Shown in pieces: positions 51,979-61,649 of a stretch of 64,000 bases of DNA (its first letter is position 1; the number at the start of each line of letters is the position of its first letter). A program made the position numbers and the translations under genes. The notes under the pieces were generated by a model, which searched no databases, had not been told where the DNA came from, and saw only the letters and a list, made by a program, of their open reading frames with translations. The stretch comes from Candidatus Binatia bacterium (GTDB lineage: Bacteria > Desulfobacterota > Binatia > DP-6): NCBI GenBank assembly GCA_046327955.1, contig JAXLXP010000006.1:82977-146976 (forward strand), read 5' to 3'.

Positions 51979-54900
51979 TCAGGCGGCGGGTGGCGAAGTC
52001 TCGGCCATGGGGGCGGCACCGGCCTCCAGCGCCGCGCGCAGGCGGTCCGCGCGCCGGCTGTAGTAGGCGAGGCCGAGCTCGGCGGCGACGAGGGAGCCGT
52101 GTGCGAGCTGGGCGCGGCTCCGGGCCAGGTCGCCGCGGGCCGCGGCGAGCTCCGCGTCGCCGATGAGCGCCGCCGCGAGCACGGAGTTGGCGCCGATCGC
52201 CTCGGCGAGGCTGATCGCCCGTGTGAAGGTCCGCGCCGCCTCGCTCCAGCGGTCGGGTCCGAGGCGGGTGAGCACCTGCCCGGCGGCCTCCGCGGTCTGC
52301 GCGGCGATTGCCCGGCCGCCGGTCCGACCGTGGGTCCGCTCGAGGAACCGCTCGGCGCGTCCGAGGTCGCCGACCGCGAGGAATGCCTCACACACGAAGC
52401 GGTAATTGTAGAGCGTGCTGCCGAGCGCTGCCGAGAGTCCCTCGTCGATGAGATCGAGGTAGCGCTGCGGCGACACCGGCTCGCCCCGCTCGAAACGCGA
52501 GAGCAGGGCCACGCCGGCGATCGAGGCGAGCGAGTTGCGGGTGCTGATCGCGCTCGCGATCGCCAGGCTCAGGTCCGCCCAGCGCTGGGCCTCCACGTAC
52601 TCCCCGCGCATGAAATATACGCCGGCGAGCATGCCGGAGGAGCCGCTCTGGACGGTGCGGTTGCCCGCTCGCACCGCGGCCTCGTAGGTGTCCCGGACGG
52701 CGGCGAGCGACGCGTTCGGGTCCTCGCTCAGGTAGTGGATCGCGTCGCTGACCACGCGCGCGCCGAGGTAGAGGTCGGTGAGCTTCTCGGCGTGGCCCAG
52801 CCGCGCCAGCTCGGCCACCACCCAGCCGATCGTCTGCCGCGCGAGCTCGAAGCGGCCGTCCATGAGGTAGGCCGACGCGAGGCCGCGGGCGATGCGGATC
52901 TGCGCCACCTCCCGCCCGGCCCGTTGCGCCACGGCGAGGGCCTCCTCGATCAACGCGAGGCCGCGGGCGAAGCGATCCTCGTCGCCGCCCATCGTGGCCA
53001 TGCCGAGGTAGAGCGTCAGGTAGGCGACCGCTTCGGGGTCGGCGAGCTCGCGTGCGAGCTCGCGCCCGCGTGCCGCGGCACGCTCGACCTGGTCGACCTC
53101 GGTCGAGCCGTAGATGACGCTCACACGGCAGAACTCGAGGCTCGCGTTCACCGCCGCGCGCGTCAGCTCGGGGTGGGCGCCGAGGGCGGCGTCGGCGATC
53201 TCCCAGGCCTGGCGGTAGAGCAGCGCCGCCGTCCCGTACGACGGGACCTTCTCGGTCTCGCGTCCGGCGCGGAGCAGCGCCGCGGTGGCGCTGGCGGCGT
53301 CGTCGCCGCGGGCACGATGATGGGCGAGGAGCACGAGCCGCGCGGCGTCGCCGTCGACGATGCCCTCCTCGAGCTGCGCGGCGACGCGGTCGTGGAGCTG
53401 CCGGCGGTGCTTGAGGAGGAGGCTCTCGTAGGCCACCTCCTGGGTGAGGCTCTCGCCGAATCGGTACTCGTCGAGCGAGAGGAAGTTCTGGCGATGGAGG
53501 ATGCCGCGGCGCAGGAGCTCGTCGAGCTCCTGCCCGACGTCGATCGGCTCCCCCGTGAGCACATGCTCGAGCTCGGGGCGGCGAAACTGCCGGCCGAACA
53601 CGGCCGCCACCTGCACGACGCGCTTGGCCGCCGGGCTCAGCCGGTCGAGACGGGCCGCCAGCACTTCCTGCACGGTGCCCGGGATGGGGATCTCGTGGCC
53701 CTCCTCGACGAGCGCGCGCGTGATCTCCTCGGTGAAGAACGGACTGCCCTCGGCGCGAGCGAGGATGCGCTCCTCGACGTCGTCGGGCAGCGGCCCGCCG
53801 GCGACGGCGCGGACGATCGCGCGCGTGTGCGCTTCCGCCAGCGGCCGCAGGCGGAGCTGCGTGAAGGCGCTCGCGGGCCGCCAGGTCGCCTCGTAGTCGC
53901 GGCGGTGGGTCACCAGCAGCATCACGGACTCGTTGCCGAGCCGCGCGACCGCGTCCTCGAGCATGCGACGCGACTGCGGGTCGATCCAATGGAGGTCCTC
54001 GACGACCATCACGATCGGCGCCTGCCGCGCCAGGCCGACCACCAGATGGGCCACGGCGGCGAAGGTCTGTTCCTCCAGGCCCTCGAGCGCGAGTTCCTCG
54101 CTGCCGGGTGCGCCGGGCGACAGCAGGCGGCAGAGGAACGGGTAGCCGGCGTCGAGGGCGGGCTCGACCGACCGCAACCCGGCTGCGACCTTGCTGCAGA
54201 CGGTCTCGCCCGTCTCGCCCGACTCGAGCGCGAAGTGTCGCCGCAGCATGCCGACGAACGGCGCGTAGGGGACGCTCTGGCTGAGCGCGGCGCAGCGGCC
54301 CTCGAGGACCTGCGTCGGCGTGCCCGCGAGGCGCTCGCGGAACTCGTGCACGAGCCGCGACTTGCCACTGCCGGCGTCGCCCACCACCGCGACCACCTGC
54401 GCCAGCCCCCCGGCGAGGCGCTCGTGACAGGCGAGCAGCTGCGCCAGCTCTTCGGTGCGGCCGACGAACGGCGTCAACCCGCGCTCGACCGCGAGCGCCA
54501 TCGGCGTGCGCGCGTCGGTGCGGCCGGTGACCTCGTGCGCGGTCACGGGCTCGGTGATGCCCTTGAGCGCGAAGGGGCCGCGGGGCTGCAGGTGGAAGGC
54601 GCCGCGGACGAGCCGGGCCGTCGTGTCGCTCACGAGCGTCGTACCGGGCTCGGCGACCGTCTGCAGGCGCTGCGCCAGGTTGGTCGTGTCCCCGATCGCC
54701 GTGTACTCCATCCGCAGGTCGCTGCCGACGGTGCCGACGACGACCGGGCCCGTGTTGACGCCGATGCGCACGCGCAGCGGCTCCTGTCCGAGGCCTTCGA
54801 GCGCGGCGTGGATCGCGAGCGCCGCACGCACGGCCCGCTGCGGCGCGTCCTCGTGCGCGATCGGCGCGCCGAAGAGCGCCATGAAGCCGTCGCCGGCCAG

Positions 54901-55287
54901 GTGCGGCACGATGCCCTCGAGGCGGTAGATCTCCGCGACCGCGCGCTCGAGGTAGGCCTCGAGCCGGTCGTGGTACTCCTCGGGGTCGAGCCGCGCGGCG
55001 AGCGCGGTGGAGCCGACCAGGTCGCAGAAGAGCACGGTGACCTGCTTGCGCTCGCCGGCGGGCAGGTCCCGGGTGGCGCGCAGCTTGTCGGCGAGCCCGG
55101 CGGGGATGTGCTGGGCGAGGCGCGCCAGCCGTGCGTCGGCGAGCGGGGCGCCGCAGCCGGGACAGAACCGGAACCCGGCCTCGACCACGGTGCCGCACTG
55201 TGCGCAGGTCTGCGGCACCGGCGCGCCGCAGTTGTGGCAGAAGGGTTTGCCCGGGAGGAGCTCCGTGCCGCAGCTCGCGCAGTGCAT
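51979..55287 (-). CDS. Multidomain adenylate/guanylate cyclase: N-terminal double zinc ribbon, class III cyclase domain, STAND/AAA NTPase, C-terminal TPR-like array
   Basis: 1102 aa; CASCG...CHNCG...CAQCG...CPGCG; cyclase VTVLFCDLVGSTAL, GDGFMALFGAP, RIGVNTGPVVVG; P-loop VVGDAGSGKSRLV. Confidence 0.85.
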   Translation of the reverse strand: MHCASCGTELLPGKPFCHNCGAPVPQTCAQCGTVVEAGFRFCPGCGAPLADARLARLAQHIPAGLADKLRATRDLPAGERKQVTVLFCDLVGSTALAARLDPEEYHDRLEAYLERAVAEIYRLEGIVPHLAGDGFMALFGAPIAHEDAPQRAVRAALAIHAALEGLGQEPLRVRIGVNTGPVVVGTVGSDLRMEYTAIGDTTNLAQRLQTVAEPGTTLVSDTTARLVRGAFHLQPRGPFALKGITEPVTAHEVTGRTDARTPMALAVERGLTPFVGRTEELAQLLACHERLAGGLAQVVAVVGDAGSGKSRLVHEFRERLAGTPTQVLEGRCAALSQSVPYAPFVGMLRRHFALESGETGETVCSKVAAGLRSVEPALDAGYPFLCRLLSPGAPGSEELALEGLEEQTFAAVAHLVVGLARQAPIVMVVEDLHWIDPQSRRMLEDAVARLGNESVMLLVTHRRDYEATWRPASAFTQLRLRPLAEAHTRAIVRAVAGGPLPDDVEERILARAEGSPFFTEEITRALVEEGHEIPIPGTVQEVLAARLDRLSPAAKRVVQVAAVFGRQFRRPELEHVLTGEPIDVGQELDELLRRGILHRQNFLSLDEYRFGESLTQEVAYESLLLKHRRQLHDRVAAQLEEGIVDGDAARLVLLAHHRARGDDAASATAALLRAGRETEKVPSYGTAALLYRQAWEIADAALGAHPELTRAAVNASLEFCRVSVIYGSTEVDQVERAAARGRELARELADPEAVAYLTLYLGMATMGGDEDRFARGLALIEEALAVAQRAGREVAQIRIARGLASAYLMDGRFELARQTIGWVVAELARLGHAEKLTDLYLGARVVSDAIHYLSEDPNASLAAVRDTYEAAVRAGNRTVQSGSSGMLAGVYFMRGEYVEAQRWADLSLAIASAISTRNSLASIAGVALLSRFERGEPVSPQRYLDLIDEGLSAALGSTLYNYRFVCEAFLAVGDLGRAERFLERTHGRTGGRAIAAQTAEAAGQVLTRLGPDRWSEAARTFTRAISLAEAIGANSVLAAALIGDAELAAARGDLARSRAQLAHGSLVAAELGLAYYSRRADRLRAALEAGAAPMAETSPPAA

Positions 55288-55300
55288 CGCGATGGTGGTG

Positions 55301-55948
55301 TTACCCGGGAAGGCCGAGCGCCTGGCGGTCCTCGGCGGCGAGCTGGACGAAGATCGGCCGGGCGAGGTGATGCGTCACCCAGCTCGCGAGCCGCGGCCAG
55401 CGGGCGGCGTCGACGTCGAAGCCGGCGTGGCGGAAGTTGACGAAGTGCGTGGCGATGCTCACGTCGGCGATCGAGAAGCGCTCGCCGACCAGGAACTCGC
55501 GCGTGCCGACCTCACCCTCGAGCCAGTCGAAGACGGGCGGCAGCTCCTCCTCGACCGTCTTGCGGATGGCGGCCTCGTCCACGGGTTGCCCGCTGAGCGG
55601 CGCCACGATCTTGCGTCCGAACGTGCCGAACGTCGCCCCCTGCGCGAGCACCGTGTCGCCGTACTCCTCGTACCAGAGCGCCCGCGCGAAGTCCTTCGGC
55701 GGGTGCGGATACATGGCCGGCGCGGGGTGGACGCGCTCCAGGTAGGCGCAGATGACCGAAGAATCGCAGATGGCGAAGTCGCCGTCGACGAAGGCGGGGA
55801 TCTTGCCGAGCGGGCTCACCTTGCGGAACTCGGGGTTCGTGCTCCGCGGCCGAACCGGCTTGTGGTCGTAGGCGATCCCCTTCTCCGCGAGGACGACGCG
55901 GACCTTGCGCACGAAGGGGGAGGCGCTGGCACCGAGCACGGTAGGCAT
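55301..55948 (-). CDS. Glutathione S-transferase
   Basis: 215 aa from ATG 55948; N-terminal thioredoxin-like GST fold (SPFVRKVRVVLAEKGIAY, SPLGKIPAFVDGD). Confidence 0.75.
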   Translation of the reverse strand: MPTVLGASASPFVRKVRVVLAEKGIAYDHKPVRPRSTNPEFRKVSPLGKIPAFVDGDFAICDSSVICAYLERVHPAPAMYPHPPKDFARALWYEEYGDTVLAQGATFGTFGRKIVAPLSGQPVDEAAIRKTVEEELPPVFDWLEGEVGTREFLVGERFSIADVSIATHFVNFRHAGFDVDAARWPRLASWVTHHLARPIFVQLAAEDRQALGLPG

Positions 55949-55990
55949 GCGGCGACGATACACCCGCGCCCGAGCCGACGGAAACCGCGT

Positions 55991-57055
55991 TCAGGCCTGC
56001 TGCGCCGCCGTCACGCGCAGCGGGAATCCGCGCGGCCCCCAGAACGACTCGTCGGTCTGCCGGGCCTCTTCGATCGTGAGGGGTGGCCGCGCGACGAACG
56101 GCGCCACGCGGATCGGGCAGTCCGGCACGTCACACGCCGGGCACAGGAAGCGACGGCACGGGTCGGTGTGGAAGACGATCTCGCCCTGGATGGTGCATGC
56201 GTCGATCACGCGCCGCTCGAAGGCGTCGGTGGCCTCGTGGGCCCGGTCCACCGTCCAGTACTCCGGCACGATGAGGTGCGCGTCGATGTGCGTGAAGCGG
56301 CCGGCGCGGATCGCGCGCAGGCGATGGACGCGGATGATGCCTGCCGAGCGCGTGCTGTCGAAGGCGGCGACGAGCCTGGCGAGCAGGTGCGTGTCCTCCT
56401 CGTCGAGGAGGCCGCCGGCGGCGCGGCGTACGAGGCGGACGCCCGTGTAGGCGAGGTTGACGCCGAGCGCGAGCGCCACCAGCGGGTCGAGCCAGACGAT
56501 CCCCGTCGTGCGGACGAGGATCAGGCCGACCACCACGCCGAGGCTGGTCCAGAAGTCGGAGAGCACGTGGTGGCCGTCCGCGACGAGGATGAGCGAGTCG
56601 GCGCGCCGCCCGGTGGAGAGGAGGTACCAGCCGAGCACCGCGTTCACGAGGCCGGCGCCGAAGGTGAGCACGACGCCCGACTCGATGGCACCCACGCGCG
56701 GACCGCGGACGAGTGCCTCGATCGCGTACCAGGCGATCACCACGGCGGCGAATGCGATCAATCCGCCCTCGAACACCGCGCTGAAGAACTCGATCTTGCC
56801 GTGCCCGTAGGGATGGTCGTGGTCCGCGGGCTTGCCGGCGAAGACGAGGCTGCCGACCGCGAACACGGCTGCCACGACGTTGATGATCGACTCGAGGGCG
56901 TCCGACAGCACCGCGGCGGAGCCCGTGAGGACGTACGCGAGGTACTTGATCCCCAGCAGCACGATGCTCACCGAGAGCGAGACGAGCCCCGCGCGGAGGC
57001 GCACCGCCTCCTCGGGGTCGTGGGTCAGTCGGCTCGTGATGGCGGGGAACACCAT
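55991..57055 (-). CDS. Cation diffusion facilitator (CDF) family divalent metal efflux transporter
   Basis: 354 aa from ATG 57055; six TMs with HxxxD (SDALESIINV, HVLSDFWTSLG) and cytoplasmic C-terminal domain. Confidence 0.8.
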   Translation of the reverse strand: MVFPAITSRLTHDPEEAVRLRAGLVSLSVSIVLLGIKYLAYVLTGSAAVLSDALESIINVVAAVFAVGSLVFAGKPADHDHPYGHGKIEFFSAVFEGGLIAFAAVVIAWYAIEALVRGPRVGAIESGVVLTFGAGLVNAVLGWYLLSTGRRADSLILVADGHHVLSDFWTSLGVVVGLILVRTTGIVWLDPLVALALGVNLAYTGVRLVRRAAGGLLDEEDTHLLARLVAAFDSTRSAGIIRVHRLRAIRAGRFTHIDAHLIVPEYWTVDRAHEATDAFERRVIDACTIQGEIVFHTDPCRRFLCPACDVPDCPIRVAPFVARPPLTIEEARQTDESFWGPRGFPLRVTAAQQA

Positions 57056-57101
57056 CGAACAGCCTAGCGGCAATCGGCGCGGCGGGGAATGCCCTCGGGC
57101 G

Positions 57102-57824
57102 TCAGAGGCCGACGATCGCGAGCAGGTGCTCGGTGAGCCAGTAGAGCACGACGCCCGCGAAGACCGTGAGCGCCATCGCCGTGCCTCCCTCGCGGTTCAC
57201 CTCGGGCACGAGGTCGGTGGCGGCCACGTAGAGCGTCACGCCCGCGGACAGCCCGAGGGCCGGCCCCGCCGCCCACTCGAGCTCGAGGATCGCGAGGCCG
57301 CCGAGCAGCGTCGCGACGCCGATGAGCCCGGCTGCGCCGCGGGCGCGCGCGCGGCTCGCGCCCGCCGCGAGCATGACCGACGCGATCGCGAAGCCCTCCG
57401 GCGCCTTGTGCAGCACGATGGCGGTGAAGAGCAGCAGCCCGAGCGTGCGATCGATGAGGAAGCCCGAGCCGATCGCGATGCCGTCGAAGAAGCTGTGTAC
57501 GCTCAACCCGACCAGGGCCGAGACCGCGATCGAGTCGCTCACCGCCTCCGGGTGTGTCTCCTCGCCGAAGTGGAAGTGCGGCGCGACGGTATGCTCGAAG
57601 AGGTGGATCAGGAGGTAGCCGACCAGGATGAGCACGGGCGCCGTCGGCACGAGCCGCGTGCTCTCGGGGATCATCTTGAGCACGACCGCCGCCAGCATGA
57701 AGCCGGCGCCGAGCGCGACGAACGTGCGCAGCACGTGGTCCTCGAGCCGGCGCAGCGTGACCACGGTGCCGCCGAGGAGGTTCGCCGCGGCGGCGATGCA
57801 GACGCAGAGGAGCGCGAGACCCAC
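57102..57824 (-). CDS. ZIP-family metal (zinc) transporter, ZupT-like
   Basis: 240 aa from GTG 57824; GLSVHSFFDGIAIG and HKAPEGFAIA signature helices. Confidence 0.75.
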   Translation of the reverse strand: MGLALLCVCIAAAANLLGGTVVTLRRLEDHVLRTFVALGAGFMLAAVVLKMIPESTRLVPTAPVLILVGYLLIHLFEHTVAPHFHFGEETHPEAVSDSIAVSALVGLSVHSFFDGIAIGSGFLIDRTLGLLLFTAIVLHKAPEGFAIASVMLAAGASRARARGAAGLIGVATLLGGLAILELEWAAGPALGLSAGVTLYVAATDLVPEVNREGGTAMALTVFAGVVLYWLTEHLLAIVGL

Positions 57825-58076
57825 TAGCGCTCGCGGCGCGCCCGACGGCTCGTCGCGCACCCATGGTAGTCGATGTCCCGGCCTCGCCGAAGCTCCATGC
57901 CGCGGGGGGTCCCTATGCCAGCGGCGTGACAGCGTCAACGCCCACGCAGGCGATCGGTGGCGAGCGCGTCCCGCGCGCCGCGTCGAAGCTTGCGCTTGAC
58001 GCTCGTTCGCAGCGGGTGGTACGGGCGTTTTCGATCGGAAGTCGACCCGAGACAAGATGAGAGAAAGGAGAGCGAA

Positions 58077-58676
58077 ATGAACGTTCGTGTGGTGGTCGCA
58101 GGTGCCGTAGCGGGACTCCTCTCGCTCGGCGTGGGAGTGGCGCTCGCCGGCGACAAGGTGCAGGCCACGCTCGTGAGCCCCGTTGGCTGTACCAGCTCGG
58201 CGTGTCCGGGCTTGGTCCACGCGGGCGAGGGCGTGAGCTCGGCGTTCGTCAACGGGACCAGCGGCGCATCGGTGCAGACGAAGTCGAACTGCCAGATGCA
58301 GATCAAGGTGAAGAAGCTCACGGGTCTGTCGGATGGCGCGCGCGTCATCTGCGTGAGCTCGGGCCTTACGTCGCTCGGAGGGACGCCGTTCAACAGCGGG
58401 ACCGTGGTCACGGGCACGCTCGCTGCGGGAGCGATGAAGGTCAAGGTCGATATGACGCCTGCCGGTTGCCAGCCGGACAAGGGTGGCGCCCTCGACATCG
58501 CCAGCTTCGGTGGCAATACGTGCTGCTACGAGGACGACGCGGGCTACAACGCCGCGACGTCGTGCGCCGGCGCGCTTGCGTTCACCGGCGGCTGGATCTG
58601 CCCGGCCTCGACCCCGGCACTGCCCGACTCGGACGTGATCGCGTGCCAGGGGATCCACTTCAAGCCCGCCAACTGA
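58077..58676 (+). CDS. Secreted Cys-rich protein (10 Cys), hypothetical
   Basis: 199 aa from ATG 58077 with AAAGGAG RBS; signal peptide MNVRVVVAGAVAGLLSLGVGVALA. Confidence 0.55.
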   Translation: MNVRVVVAGAVAGLLSLGVGVALAGDKVQATLVSPVGCTSSACPGLVHAGEGVSSAFVNGTSGASVQTKSNCQMQIKVKKLTGLSDGARVICVSSGLTSLGGTPFNSGTVVTGTLAAGAMKVKVDMTPAGCQPDKGGALDIASFGGNTCCYEDDAGYNAATSCAGALAFTGGWICPASTPALPDSDVIACQGIHFKPAN

Positions 58677-58724
58677 TTCGCAGGGCTCTTTCCTAGCCAC
58701 AGACCAATCGGGGTCGCTTCAGGC

Positions 58725-58770
58725 GAGGGGCTGGTCGGCTCGAAGGATCTGGCCGGCCCCTCTGTCTTTT
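58725..58770 (+). terminator. Intrinsic terminator candidate: 10-bp stem (one G.U) with 18-nt loop followed by TGTCTTTT
   Basis: GAGGGGCTGG...CCGGCCCCTC then T-rich tract, 49 nt after the secreted Cys-rich protein stop. Confidence 0.45.
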
Positions 58771-58786
58771 GGGGCGGTGCCCGCCC

Positions 58787-60394
58787 TCAGGGCCGGTCGG
58801 CGTGGACGCCGGGCGCTCCGGGCGCGAAGCGTTCGAGGAGGAAGCGCTCCTGTGGTTTCTCCGACGCGGTCTTCGGAATCTCGTCGACGACCTGGAGGTA
58901 CGAGGGGACGAAGTTGGGCTCGAGTCCCTTGCGGCACGCGGCGAAGACCTCGGCCGGCGAAAACGGGACGCCCGGGGCGACGACGATGGCCGCCACGGCG
59001 TCCTTCTCGCCCGGCGCGCCGGAGGCGGCGGGTACGCCGTAGACGAACACGTCCGACACGGCGGGGTGCTCGGCGATGACCTTCTCGACAAAGCCGGGAT
59101 TGATGAAATCGCCGTTGTGGCGGATACCGCCGCCCTTGCGGTAGTCGAAGAAGAACCAACCGTCGGCGTCGCGGTGGCCCATGTCCCCGCTGTGGAGCCA
59201 GCCGCCCTTGGTCTTGTCGCGCGAGGCCTGCTCGTTGCCGTGGTACTCGACCTCGGCCGGCTCGCCGCTGGACGGCCGCGAGACGATCTCGCCGACGACG
59301 CCGGGCGGACACTCGTTGCCCTGCTCGTCGACGATCCGCATGTCGAGGCCGGGGACGGGCTTGCCGAAGCTGCCGACGGGGCCCTCGCCGATCGGCTTGA
59401 AGGCGAGGCCGCCCTCGACCGCGCCGTACCACTCGAACACTTGCACCGCGTACCGCTTCTCGAACGCCTCCGAGAGCGCGCCGGGCATGCCGGCGTCGAC
59501 CACCAGGCGCACGGGATTGTCGGCATCGTTCGGGCGCGGCGGCTCGCTGTAGATGGCGGTGGCCATGCCGCCGAGCATCGAGAACGTCGTGCAGCCGTAC
59601 TTTCGTGCCACGTCCCAGAGCTTCGTCTTGGTGAAGCGACGGCTGAAGACCGCGCGCAGGCCCATGTACAGCGACGGGCCGAGGGTGACGGCCTGCGCGT
59701 TGCCGTGGGTGAGCGAGAGCCCGGTGTACGGGCGATCGTCGGGACGATAGCCGAGGAGCACGCCGAGCAGCGCCAGGCCGCCGAAGCGCGCGTTGGGGAA
59801 TACGACGCCCTTGGGGTCGCCGGTGGTGCCGGAGGTGTAGATGATCTGCAGCGGGTCGGTCGGGCTCGCGAGCCGGACGTCGACCGTGACCGCGGGGCCC
59901 GCGAGCGCCGCGCCGAGCGGCTCCGCGCTCCCGAGGGGGACGCGCTCGCCGCCCTCGCCGGACTCGAGCACGAGGACCCAGCGGAGGTCGGGAACCTGGG
60001 CGCGAACGGCGTCGAGCTGCGCGAGGGCGTAGTCGGCGACGACGATGCCCTTGCACCCCGCGTTGCGCAGCGTGTAGGCGAGCTTCTCGCCGCGCGTGCG
60101 CGGATCGATCGGCACGCAGGGCGACGCGGTGATCGAGGCGGCGACCAGCGTTTCCACGAACTCCGGGTGATTGCGCATCATGAGACCGAAGCGGTCGCCG
60201 CGGGCCATGCCGCGCGCGACCAGCGCGGCGGCGATGCGGTTGGCGTTCTGCCAGAGCTGGACGTAGGTCCGCACTTCGTCGGGGCGACCGTCGCCGAGGC
60301 TCAGGTGCTCGAAGGTGAGGACGTCGAAGTCGGGTTGACGCTCTGCTCGCGTGACGAGCATGTCGGCGAGGATGGCCTCGTTGCGCTCGCGCAT
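58787..60394 (-). CDS. Long-chain fatty acid--CoA ligase (AMP-dependent synthetase)
   Basis: 535 aa; AMP-binding IIYTSGTTGDPKGV, GWLHSGDMG, PKTASEK; AGGAG RBS. Confidence 0.85.
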   Translation of the reverse strand: MRERNEAILADMLVTRAERQPDFDVLTFEHLSLGDGRPDEVRTYVQLWQNANRIAAALVARGMARGDRFGLMMRNHPEFVETLVAASITASPCVPIDPRTRGEKLAYTLRNAGCKGIVVADYALAQLDAVRAQVPDLRWVLVLESGEGGERVPLGSAEPLGAALAGPAVTVDVRLASPTDPLQIIYTSGTTGDPKGVVFPNARFGGLALLGVLLGYRPDDRPYTGLSLTHGNAQAVTLGPSLYMGLRAVFSRRFTKTKLWDVARKYGCTTFSMLGGMATAIYSEPPRPNDADNPVRLVVDAGMPGALSEAFEKRYAVQVFEWYGAVEGGLAFKPIGEGPVGSFGKPVPGLDMRIVDEQGNECPPGVVGEIVSRPSSGEPAEVEYHGNEQASRDKTKGGWLHSGDMGHRDADGWFFFDYRKGGGIRHNGDFINPGFVEKVIAEHPAVSDVFVYGVPAASGAPGEKDAVAAIVVAPGVPFSPAEVFAACRKGLEPNFVPSYLQVVDEIPKTASEKPQERFLLERFAPGAPGVHADRP

Positions 60395-60403
60395 CGGTTG
60401 CTC

Positions 60404-61636
60404 CTAGCGGGTGAGGATCGTGACGCACATGGCGGCGGCGTCCGTGCCGATGGCGCCACCACCGTTGTGGGCGAGGCCGACCTTCGCGTTCGAGACCTGG
60501 CGCGCGCCCGAGCGGCCCTGGAGCTGTTCGGTCAGCTCGACGATCTGCGCGATGCCGGTGGCGCCGACCGGGTGGCCCTTGCGCAGCAGCCCGCCCGAGG
60601 TGTTCACCGGGATGCGGCCGCCGAGCTTGGTGGCACCCGAGTCGACGAGCCTGCCGCCGTCGCCTTTGGCGCACAGCCCGAGCGACTCGTAGGCCATCAG
60701 CTCGGCCGGGGCCGAGGCGTCGTGGCACTCGATCACGGACACGTCCTTCGGGCCGAGGCCCGCCTGCTCGTAGGCCTCCTGCGAGCTGATCTCGACCGTG
60801 CCCGACTCGTCCATGCCGTGGTCCCATCCGGAGTGCAGCACGCTGCAGGCGACGCGGACCGGGTTCTTGATGCCGAGCTCGCGCGCCTTCTTCGGGCTCA
60901 TGACGATCACCGCCGCGGCGCCGTCGCCGATCGGCGAGCACATCGACCGGGTGAGCGGCTCGGCCACCATGCGGTCGGCGAGCACCGCGTCGGCGGTGAG
61001 CTTCTCGCGGTACTGGGCGCGGGGGTTGAGTGCCCCGTGCTCCGAGTTCTTGGCAGCGATCTTGGCGAACTGCAGGGCCGTGGTGCCGAAGCGCTCCATG
61101 TGGGAGCGCGCGGCGGCGGCGTAGATGTCCATGAACATCGACCGCTTCTCGCCCGCGCCCGAGCCTGCGGCCTCGGCGCCCTGCGACTCCGCGCCCTGCT
61201 TGAGCGCCGCGAGCAGCCCCTGCAGCATCTCGACGTCGACCGCGCCGCTGAACGCGGCGAAGCTCTTGCGTTTGTCCTCGTGGTAGAGCTTCTCGACGCC
61301 GAGCGCGAGGACGAGGTCGTAGTAGCCGGCCGACACCATCGCGCACGCCTGGTTGAGCGCGGTGGACGAGCTGGCGCACGCGTTCTCGACGTTCACGACC
61401 GGGATGCGGCCGATCCCCATGCCGCGCAGGATCACCTGACCGCGAATGCACTCCTGGCCCGTGACCAGCCCGGCCGCGGCGTTGCCGACCCAGGCCGCCT
61501 GGAGGGCGTCGGCCGGAATGCCGGCGTCCGCGAGCGCCGCCTGGACGGCCTCGGCTCCGAGGGCCTTGAGCCCCGTCTCCAGGTGCTTCCCAAACCGGGT
61601 CATGCCGACCCCGGCGATCACGGCATCGAGCTTCAT
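60404..61636 (-). CDS. Thiolase-family acetyl-CoA C-acyltransferase (SCP-x type)
   Basis: 410 aa; VENACASSSTAL active-site Cys, C-terminal GHPVGATG; GGAGGA RBS. Confidence 0.85.
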   Translation of the reverse strand: MKLDAVIAGVGMTRFGKHLETGLKALGAEAVQAALADAGIPADALQAAWVGNAAAGLVTGQECIRGQVILRGMGIGRIPVVNVENACASSSTALNQACAMVSAGYYDLVLALGVEKLYHEDKRKSFAAFSGAVDVEMLQGLLAALKQGAESQGAEAAGSGAGEKRSMFMDIYAAAARSHMERFGTTALQFAKIAAKNSEHGALNPRAQYREKLTADAVLADRMVAEPLTRSMCSPIGDGAAAVIVMSPKKARELGIKNPVRVACSVLHSGWDHGMDESGTVEISSQEAYEQAGLGPKDVSVIECHDASAPAELMAYESLGLCAKGDGGRLVDSGATKLGGRIPVNTSGGLLRKGHPVGATGIAQIVELTEQLQGRSGARQVSNAKVGLAHNGGGAIGTDAAAMCVTILTR

Positions 61637-61649
61637 GATGTCCTCCGTC

